Of a stretch of DNA of 64,000 nt, positions 57,014 through 64,000 are shown one piece after another. Source of the stretch: Arcanobacterium sp. (GTDB lineage: Bacteria; Actinomycetota; Actinomycetes; Actinomycetales; Actinomycetaceae); NCBI GenBank assembly GCA_022783665.1, contig JALFZJ010000052.1:1539-65538 (forward strand), in the 5' to 3' direction. The translations under genes and the position numbers were made by a program. The notes beneath the pieces are model-generated. The model was not told where the DNA came from. It was given only the letters and a program-made list of their open reading frames with translations, and did no database searches. Each line of letters opens with the position of its first letter. Positions within the stretch are counted from its first letter, which is position 1.

Positions 57014-57631
57014 CTATTGCAATAATTGCGCTTCGCGCAGGAAGTTCTTCACCATCCGCGGCCCGAGCGGCGTGAGGATCGATTCGGGATGGAACTGCAC
57101 GCCGAATATCGGCAAATCACGGTGTTCAACTGCCATCACTTCACCATCGTCCGTACTGGCAGTAACGCGCAGAACATCGGGCAGTGACGAGTGGCGAGCT
57201 GCTAGAGAGTGGTAGCGAGCTACCTCGAATGGCGATGCAATCCCTGCAAACAGCGTCGAGTCAGAACACGCCGTGACGAGCGATGATTTGCCGTGCATAA
57301 CCTCTTTCGCGTAAGTGACTTCCCCGCCCAAAGCCTCACATATTGCCTGATGTCCAAGGCATACGCCGAGGATCGGAATCTCACTCACGCAAGAAGCATC
57401 GCCTCCGTTTCGGGGCTCAGTTACACAAGCCGTAATGAGATCTTCACACACTCCGGCGTCCTGTGGGCGCCCAGGGCCAGGAGAAATCACAATCGCATTA
57501 GGGTGGAGCTGCGCAATGTGCGCCACGCTCAGCTCATCATTGCGTACAACCCTCACGTCTGTAGCAAGCGAACCCAGAAGTTGATAGAGATTATATGAAA
57601 ATGAATCGTAGTTATCGATCAGCAAAATCAT
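57014..57631 (-). CDS. trpG: anthranilate/aminodeoxychorismate synthase glutamine amidotransferase component
   Basis: MILLIDNYDSFSYNLYQ, GVCLGHQ and GVQFHPES. 1-nt overlap with the upstream component I gene. Confidence 0.85.
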   Translation of the reverse strand: MILLIDNYDSFSYNLYQLLGSLATDVRVVRNDELSVAHIAQLHPNAIVISPGPGRPQDAGVCEDLITACVTEPRNGGDASCVSEIPILGVCLGHQAICEALGGEVTYAKEVMHGKSSLVTACSDSTLFAGIASPFEVARYHSLAARHSSLPDVLRVTASTDDGEVMAVEHRDLPIFGVQFHPESILTPLGPRMVKNFLREAQLLQ

Positions 57632-59133
57632 CAGTGCACCTCCTGGCTCAACTCGATAGCTTCCACAACTGCTTTCGCTTTATTAACCGTCTCTAAGTAT
57701 TCACGCTGAGGATCAGAATCGAGCACAATCCCCGCTCCCGAACGCACAAATACCTTGCCGTTTTTCTTATACGCTAAACGGATCCCGATCGCAGTATCCA
57801 TATTTCCGGTGAAATCGATATAGCCAATCGCACCGCCATAAATGCCGCGCTTATTGTTTTCGAGTTCATTGATGATCTCCATTGCCCGCAGTTTCGGAGC
57901 GCCCGAGAGCGTACCGGCGGGAAGCACGGCGTCAATTGCGTCCAACGCCGTCTTACCTTCTACGATCTCCCCACGCACAGTAGACCCAATATGAACAACA
58001 TGAGAAAAACGCTGTAGCTCCATATACTTCTCAACCACTACGCTGCCAAACCGAGATACTTTCCCAAGATCGTTGCGGCCAAGATCCACGAGCATATTGT
58101 GCTCGGCAAGCTCTTTCTCATCTGCGAGCAGATCGGCTTCACGCCGTGCATTCTCCGCATCATCAGCGCTGCGCGGCCGCGTACCGGCAAGAGGGAAAGT
58201 GTGGAGCACGCCGTCACGAAGCTTCACAAGAGTCTCAGGCGATGCTCCCGCTACCTCGAGATCGTCAGAAGCAAAGTAGAACATATACGGCGAAGGATTG
58301 ATCGTGCGCAAGATTCTATACATACCCAAAAGGCTCCCTTCGAAATCCGCATCGAGACGGTTGGAGAGCACAACTTGGAAAATATCACCCTCATAAATGT
58401 ATTTCTTCGCAGCACGCACCATGGAGGAAAAGCGCTCTTCATCAAATAGCGTGCGAAACTCGCTCGTTACTCGCCCCGGCTCGAGCTCTACTTGTTCCCC
58501 GCTGCGGATGAGAGTGATGATGGTTTCAACCTGTGAGCGCGCCTCGCCATACACCTGGAGACGATCAGTATCTGGCCTAATGCACGCATTGACGATCACA
58601 ATGATCTTCTGGCGATAGTTGTCGAAGGCAATCACCTTGTCAAAGAGCATGAGATCGAGATCTTTGAAACCCTCAGCATCCTCAGCGTTGAGATTGAGGT
58701 GTGGCTCGGTGTACTTGAGGTAGTCGTACCCAAAATAACCCACAAGCCCACCCGTGAAAGGAGGAAGCTCAGGCATCTGTGGGCTGGTGTTCTCGGCAAG
58801 AATCCTAGCCACGATATCGCGCGGATTGCTATCGCTGACGACGGATTCGCTCACTACTCTCTCCCCGCGTAGGATCCGGTGCGTCACCGTGCCATCCATC
58901 GCGCTGATCTCTTCTTGTGGATCAAATCCCAAGAACGTATAGCGCCCCCAGCTATCGCTCTGCTCGGCGCTTTCGAGGAGGTAGCAGTGCCTCGAGCGTG
59001 TCTGCAATGCACGCAATACAGTAATTGGCGTAGACGTATCGGATAGAATCGCGCCACTCACAGGTACACGTGAGTATCCTTCGTCTGCCAGTGTATTGAA
59101 CTGTTCGAAACTGAGATCGAGCTGTGGAAACAT
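57631..59133 (-). CDS. trpE: anthranilate synthase component I family (TrpE; PabB not excluded)
   Basis: LLESAEQSDSWGRYTF feedback-region motif and the chorismate-binding C-terminal GAIGYIDFTGNMDTAIGIR. Confidence 0.75.
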   Translation of the reverse strand: MFPQLDLSFEQFNTLADEGYSRVPVSGAILSDTSTPITVLRALQTRSRHCYLLESAEQSDSWGRYTFLGFDPQEEISAMDGTVTHRILRGERVVSESVVSDSNPRDIVARILAENTSPQMPELPPFTGGLVGYFGYDYLKYTEPHLNLNAEDAEGFKDLDLMLFDKVIAFDNYRQKIIVIVNACIRPDTDRLQVYGEARSQVETIITLIRSGEQVELEPGRVTSEFRTLFDEERFSSMVRAAKKYIYEGDIFQVVLSNRLDADFEGSLLGMYRILRTINPSPYMFYFASDDLEVAGASPETLVKLRDGVLHTFPLAGTRPRSADDAENARREADLLADEKELAEHNMLVDLGRNDLGKVSRFGSVVVEKYMELQRFSHVVHIGSTVRGEIVEGKTALDAIDAVLPAGTLSGAPKLRAMEIINELENNKRGIYGGAIGYIDFTGNMDTAIGIRLAYKKNGKVFVRSGAGIVLDSDPQREYLETVNKAKAVVEAIELSQEVH

Positions 59134-59196
59134 GAAGGCTCCCTATCGAAAAGCTACGAGAACGCAGCCGTACATACGCATGAACGCAATCATATT

Positions 59197-61206
59197 CTAG
59201 GCAACTATGCCTCGCGCAGCACGGAAGCCAGACTCAACGGCCTCTGCCACGCGAGCCACGCCAGTGGCATCCCCCACTGATATTGCCGGAATACCTGCTG
59301 ATTCTAGCTCTTTGGCAAGGCCATCGTTAGGCCGCATTCCAATCGCCATCACCAGCGTATCGAGCTCCACATCCACTTGCCCTTGGCTAGTGGAGAACAC
59401 CGCCGTGCCCTCATTCACTTCTAATAGCTGATGGCCGCAATTCAGGCCGATCCCTGCTTCCACAAGGTGCGATGCCACCGAGTCCACATTGCGCTTGTAG
59501 CTGCCCGGAGCGATCGCGTCTGCCATCTCGTACACACCGATCACTTCATGGCCTTGCTCGTGGAGCAGCTCTGCCGTCTCAAGACCCGTCATCCCTGAAC
59601 CTACGATGGCTACGCGCCTACCTACTTCTGCACTCCCGTTTAGCACGTCGATTGCTTCTACCACGTTCGCGGAATCCATCCCAGGCAACGGCGGAAGGAA
59701 CGGCAAGGCGCCTGTAGCCACAATCACAATATCTGCGCCGAAATCACACGCAGACTGAAGCGTCATTTCTTGGCTGAACCGCACATCAACGCCGGCTAAC
59801 CGAAGACGAACGCCATAGTTTTCAATTATCCAATGCATCGGCTCCTTGCCTGGCGGGTTACAGCCGGGAGCCACTTGGCCGCCAAGATGATCGCGAGCTT
59901 CTGCGAGAACGACGTGCGCCCCACGCAAAGCCAACTGCTCTGCTGCCTCACAGCCGGCAGGCCCACCGCCGATCACGAGTGCAGACCTGCCCTCCAAGTC
60001 GCGGTCGGGCACCTCGGGATACTCATACTCGTGCCCGCAACGCGGATTGAGAGCACACATTATCGGCTTACCCATGTTAAGCGTCTGGAAGCAAGCCAAG
60101 CAGCCGATACACCGTACGATCTCCTCATCGCGCCCTTCAATTGCTTTCTTCGCCCAGGCAGGATCAGCGAGCCATGTGCGCCCCATCGCCACGAGATCTA
60201 CCAAACCGTCGTCAAGCATTTTCTCAGCCTGGCTCGGCATGCGCACGATGGATGTACCCATCACTGGCACTTTCACCGCTTCGCGCACCGCACGAATGAC
60301 TGGATCGCGCCAATTCCGCGGAGTGTTGATTGGTTCGATAATTGTAGGGCCTGTTTCGTAGGTTCCTGAGGATACGGAAATCAAATCCACGCCAATCTCC
60401 TCAAGGCGCTTGGCGATTCTCACGCCTTCTTCAAGGGTGATTCCTTCTCCTGGCTCACCGATAGTCTCCATCATTTCTGAAGCCGAGATACGCACTGAAA
60501 TAGGGAAATCCGCGCCGCATTCTTCGCGAATTCCCTCGATGATTTCAGTGACGAACCGCATACGGCCATCGAAATCTCCGCCAAACCTGTCTGTGCGGTG
60601 GTTGGTGTGCGGGGAGAGGAATTGGCACACGAGGTATCCGTGGGCGCCGTGAATTTCTACGCCGTCTGCTCCAGCTTCTTTGGCGCGGCGTGCCGCCTGC
60701 ACGAAATCATCTACGAGGCTTTCTACCTCTTCGAGTGAAAGAGCTCGGGTGGGAGCTTTCGTGGTGCGTACCATCACGCCTGATGGTGAGACGGTGACGC
60801 CGCCCTCGCACAACGCTGGAATACCCTCGGCTCCAGGGTGGTGAAGTTGCGGGAAGAACTTCGCCCCGGTGGCGTGGATCTGCTCAATCGCCTCACGTAA
60901 GGGCGCCACGTGCGCATCCTTGCTAAGAGAAAACTGGTGCCCAGTGCCTGCTCCATGCTTTTCGTTCACGCGGGTAATCTCGGCGATGATAAGGCCGCAT
61001 CCTCCTTTGGCTCGTTCCAGCCAGTACGCCAGCAATCTCGGCCCTGGTGTTCCATCTGGATTGGCCAAATCGGTGCCCATCGGAGTCATCACAGTGCGGT
61101 TCGCTAGAGTGAGCGATCCAATCATAAACGGCGTAGCAAGTAGGCGCTGGGTATGTGGTCGATGAGTCTCGGTGTTAATCATTGAAAAATCCAATCTACG
61201 ATGCAC
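59197..61206 (-). CDS. NADH:flavin oxidoreductase of the 2,4-dienoyl-CoA reductase / BaiCD-BaiH class (OYE barrel + 4Fe-4S + FAD/NAD domain)
   Basis: OYE-like N-domain, Cys cluster CIGCLACF...C...C, and VIGGGPAGCEAA plus VGSGMTGLETA dinucleotide folds. The start is ambiguous (GTG 61206 or ATG 61182). Confidence 0.8.
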   Translation of the reverse strand: MHRRLDFSMINTETHRPHTQRLLATPFMIGSLTLANRTVMTPMGTDLANPDGTPGPRLLAYWLERAKGGCGLIIAEITRVNEKHGAGTGHQFSLSKDAHVAPLREAIEQIHATGAKFFPQLHHPGAEGIPALCEGGVTVSPSGVMVRTTKAPTRALSLEEVESLVDDFVQAARRAKEAGADGVEIHGAHGYLVCQFLSPHTNHRTDRFGGDFDGRMRFVTEIIEGIREECGADFPISVRISASEMMETIGEPGEGITLEEGVRIAKRLEEIGVDLISVSSGTYETGPTIIEPINTPRNWRDPVIRAVREAVKVPVMGTSIVRMPSQAEKMLDDGLVDLVAMGRTWLADPAWAKKAIEGRDEEIVRCIGCLACFQTLNMGKPIMCALNPRCGHEYEYPEVPDRDLEGRSALVIGGGPAGCEAAEQLALRGAHVVLAEARDHLGGQVAPGCNPPGKEPMHWIIENYGVRLRLAGVDVRFSQEMTLQSACDFGADIVIVATGALPFLPPLPGMDSANVVEAIDVLNGSAEVGRRVAIVGSGMTGLETAELLHEQGHEVIGVYEMADAIAPGSYKRNVDSVASHLVEAGIGLNCGHQLLEVNEGTAVFSTSQGQVDVELDTLVMAIGMRPNDGLAKELESAGIPAISVGDATGVARVAEAVESGFRAARGIVA

Positions 61207-61610
61207 AATCGGCGATCAATATCGGCGTTGTTCGTCGCCTTTGATGTACCGTTTCCACCCTATCCCCACACATGGCGTTCTTTGTGGGACTTGCGTGCGT
61301 TGTCGTTTGAAGGTTATGGCCTCGCGTACCTGAACGCCATCGACCTCGCGCGAGAGGTGACGACGGTGTGACGTTTTACTACGCCGTCATCCGAACTCCA
61401 CATCCAAAATCCACATCGGGCGCGATGGACGCCAGCGACCCGAAACTGACGGGCAACGTTGTTCGCCGGCACGCCACAGAGCGCATCGTGCGAAAACGTG
61501 CGGTGGCACACCCGCGGGAATAGCCTGTGCCCGGCGCTTGTTACGCCAGCAGTGAGGGCGCGAATATGTGCCACCAAATAGCCGAATAGATCGACGCCGA
61601 GGAGTGAAAA

Positions 61611-63359
61611 ATGGCTAAGGTACAAGCATCTGCCGTGATGATGCGAATTCTTGAAGATTGGGGCGTAAAACGCCTCTATGGCTTGCCTGGCGGCTCGTTC
61701 GACTCTACGATGAACGCAATTCGCACCTTCCGTGATCGGATCACGTATGTGGGTGTGCGCCACGAAGAAGTGGGGGCACTGGCAGCCGTTGCTGAAGCTA
61801 AGCTCACAGGCCGTATTGGCGTAACGTTCGGATCGGCCGGGCCAGGTGCCGTACATCTACTCAACGGCCTCTATGATGCCAAGACGGATCATGTCCCTGT
61901 GCTTGCCCTCATTGGCCAGGTACCTACTTCACGGATGAACACTGACTTCTTCCAAGAGATGCCCGAAAACCCGATGTTTGCCGATGTGGCGGTGTACAAC
62001 CGTACTGTGATGACGGCGGAGCAGTTACCACAAATTGTGGATACAGCTATTCGCACTGCTTACGAAAAGCGGGGCGTGGCAGTTGTAGTGATTCCAAAGG
62101 ATCTGGGCTGGGCTGAGATTGACGACGACTATAAGTCGTCCGCAGAGGCGTATACGCAAGGCGAATGGAATCGCCCAGCTGATCCGGCAGACGTAGAGCG
62201 CGTGCTGGATCTTATGAGCTCCGCGAAGCGGCCGATGATTTACTTCGGGCAAGGTGCTGCGGGCAGTGCAGATCTGCTGCGTGAAGCAGCTGAACTGTTC
62301 CACACACCACTTGGTGCTACCTATCTGGCGAAGGGCATTCTCGAAGGCGATGAGCCTTACTATATGATGTCTACCGGGCGCGTAGCTACCAAACCGGGCG
62401 TCGATATCGCACGCAGTGCTGATTTTGTGCTGTTTATTGGCACGAATTTTGAATTCCCAATGTTTTCCCCTGAGGCTACGTTTGTGGACGTGAATATTCG
62501 GCCATCAGTGCTCGGTTCACGCCACGAGACTAAGCTCGGCATTCTCGCCGACGCAAGCATTTTTATGAAGCAGCTTATTGACGCAGCGAAAGCGAGAGGA
62601 TATCAGGCTTCTGAGCAGCAGACACGCTGGTTCGAGGCTGCGCAAGCAGATCGACGTGAGTGGGATGCATGGGTGGCCAAGAAGGCAACTGAAACGGACC
62701 GCGTGCCTGTACGTTTTGAACCGATCTACAAACTTATCAACGAGGTTGCTGACGATAACGCAGTATTCGGCGTGGATGTAGGCAATACGAATATTGCCGT
62801 TGCTCGCTTCTTGGATCTTAACAAGGATAAGCGGCAAGTGACCTCCCCGCTGTACGCAACGATGGGTTTCGGTATTCCTGCCGGAATCGCGGCTGCGATG
62901 GAGTACCCGGATCGTGAGGTCTGGACGCTCTCGGGAGACGGCGGCGCGGCGATGGTTGTGCCAGATATCATCACACAGGCTGAACACCATTTGCCCGTGA
63001 TCAACATTGTGTTCACGAACAAGTCGCTCGGTTTTATCGAGGCCGAGCAGGACGACACCCATCAACCGCATTCGGGCGTAGCACTTCAAGACGTAGCCTT
63101 CGCGAAAGTAGCTGAAGGTTTTGGCGTAAAGGGCTACACTGTGGAAACATTCGCACAGTTCGAGGAGGCCATCCGCGAAGCGAAGACGTCGTCTCAGCCA
63201 GTTCTTATCGACGTTAAGCTCACAAATGATCGGCTGCTACCTGTGGAACAGTATCCTGTGGATCGCGCTTCAAAGAGCAACTTCGATGAGTTTGTGCGTG
63301 AATATGAGGCAGAGGATCTCACGCCATTTAGCGAAATTCTGGCCGAGCAGCAGGCTTGA
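61611..63359 (+). CDS. pyruvate oxidase-type thiamine-diphosphate/FAD enzyme
   Basis: TPP-binding LSGDGGAAMV...VFTN. The N-terminal Pyr domain resembles SpxB/Pox. GAGGAG RBS. Confidence 0.75.
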   Translation: MAKVQASAVMMRILEDWGVKRLYGLPGGSFDSTMNAIRTFRDRITYVGVRHEEVGALAAVAEAKLTGRIGVTFGSAGPGAVHLLNGLYDAKTDHVPVLALIGQVPTSRMNTDFFQEMPENPMFADVAVYNRTVMTAEQLPQIVDTAIRTAYEKRGVAVVVIPKDLGWAEIDDDYKSSAEAYTQGEWNRPADPADVERVLDLMSSAKRPMIYFGQGAAGSADLLREAAELFHTPLGATYLAKGILEGDEPYYMMSTGRVATKPGVDIARSADFVLFIGTNFEFPMFSPEATFVDVNIRPSVLGSRHETKLGILADASIFMKQLIDAAKARGYQASEQQTRWFEAAQADRREWDAWVAKKATETDRVPVRFEPIYKLINEVADDNAVFGVDVGNTNIAVARFLDLNKDKRQVTSPLYATMGFGIPAGIAAAMEYPDREVWTLSGDGGAAMVVPDIITQAEHHLPVINIVFTNKSLGFIEAEQDDTHQPHSGVALQDVAFAKVAEGFGVKGYTVETFAQFEEAIREAKTSSQPVLIDVKLTNDRLLPVEQYPVDRASKSNFDEFVREYEAEDLTPFSEILAEQQA

Positions 63360-63395
63360 GTTTTCCTTCTCGCAACTGCGCGTAATACATGCGGG

Positions 63396-63444
63396 CAAGT
63401 AACTGGGTGGTGTAAGTATCCTACTTACACCACCCAGTTGCTTG
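63396..63444 (+). terminator. 23-bp stem / 3-nt loop hairpin downstream of the pyruvate oxidase gene
   Basis: CAAGTAACTGGGTGGTGTAAGTA-TCC-TACTTACACCACCCAGTTGCTTG, with one G-U pair. Starts 37 nt after the stop. No T-tract. Confidence 0.55.
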
Positions 63445-63478
63445 CTCTCCACCTTTCCTAGGACTGAAAGATGCGCCA

Positions 63479-63733
63479 GTGCCATCGACTGACGCACTTG
63501 TCTCAGCCGGGTACCAGCAGACGAGCAGTGGATATATCGCTTACGCCAAGGAGTGTGGGATAAGCCGAGACGAGGTAACGCAATACTGGCACCTGATCCA
63601 CTCGTGGTTCGACAACCGAGATCCCGAACAGGCTTTCGGCAAGAGCATCGTTTGTGGGGAGTTGATCTTTTGGATGGCGGAGGTTTCCAGTGCTGTCCCA
63701 AGTAAGGAACTTTCGAAGCTGCTGAACGCTTGA
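63479..63733 (+). CDS. hypothetical small protein
   Basis: 84-aa GTG-initiated ORF. No family recognised. Its last codons overlap the start of the SDR remnant at 63726. Confidence 0.3.
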   Translation: MPSTDALVSAGYQQTSSGYIAYAKECGISRDEVTQYWHLIHSWFDNRDPEQAFGKSIVCGELIFWMAEVSSAVPSKELSKLLNA

Positions 63734-63815
63734 AGCAAGCTATATCACGGGCGCCCAAGTAGTGATTGACGGCGGTGCCACCCTCCCCGAAACCATGAGT
63801 ATCGGGGAGGCATAG
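63726..63815 (+). pseudogene. C-terminal 29-codon remnant of an SDR gene
   Basis: Translates to TLEASYITGAQVVIDGGATLPETMSIGEA-stop, the canonical SDR C-terminus (asYITGq.v.vDGG). A TGA lies immediately upstream in the same frame. Confidence 0.45.
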
Positions 63816-63836
63816 GTTCTGCCGCCAGCACTACTC

Positions 63837-64000
63837 CTACTCTCGAGGTGGCAGACCCTCAGGCTTGCGGGAATGCTTGCCAGGCGCCTTGCCCACTATC
63901 GGCACAGCATACTTCTCGCCCGTGATCTTTGCATTCGTGGATGGCTTACGCCTGCGCCGATATGCCGCAACTGCCCTCGCATCGAACTCAGCTTTAGCCG
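63837..64000 (-). CDS. 3' end of a CDS that begins right of the window (unknown product)
   Basis: The minus-strand frame is open from the window edge to TAG at 63839-63837: ...AKAEFDARAVAAYRRRRKPSTNAKITGEKYAVPIVGKAPGKHSRKPEGLPPRE. Basic tail. Family not recognised. Confidence 0.3.
   Translation of the reverse strand, partial: AKAEFDARAVAAYRRRRKPSTNAKITGEKYAVPIVGKAPGKHSRKPEGLPPRE

Noticed and set aside
61314-61856. 180-aa minus-strand ORF across the pyruvate oxidase start
   Set aside because: 245 nt are antisense to the well-supported pyruvate oxidase N-terminus. The remainder has Arg/Cys/His-rich composition and no recognisable family, so I treat it as a shadow ORF.

Overview
This is a mid-GC actinobacterial chromosome segment. 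AdnAB, a DUF3107/DEAD-box pair, an LAxTG sorting signal and the pepP/MgtE-N-CBS/DUF1003/mrp synteny suggest Actinomycetales; the genus cannot be set without a search. I call about 55 genes. Most are core functions: prfB-ftsE-ftsX-M23 peptidase-smpB-ssrA, adnA-adnB, DEAD-box helicase, pepP, mrp/apbC, tdk, a trpE/trpG-like pair, Pit and DASS transporters, pyruvate oxidase, and an LpdA-like flavoprotein. Two parts look accessory. (i) 8.6-17.4 kb holds a FixABCX-type electron-transfer operon with an acyl-CoA dehydrogenase inserted between fixB and fixC. It is preceded by a tandem double-SDR fusion and lies opposite a 3-hydroxyacyl-CoA dehydrogenase. No CoA-activating, hydratase, thiolase or regulator gene is in view. 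(ii) 25.3-28.5 kb is a decayed integrative element abutting the 3' end of the tmRNA gene. It carries a frameshifted, N-terminally truncated large serine recombinase fused to a tape-measure-like start, an ISL3 end remnant and a restriction-enzyme C-terminal remnant. One intact two-gene cassette of unknown function sits among these remnants. Other points are an acyltransferase-3 gene split by one in-frame TAA, a wall-anchored ExeM/NucH-type nuclease, and several phased intergenic repeats and long hairpins. I saw no rRNA, tRNA or CRISPR array. All product calls rest on motif recognition in the supplied translations and on reading the DNA by eye; no database search or computation was possible.
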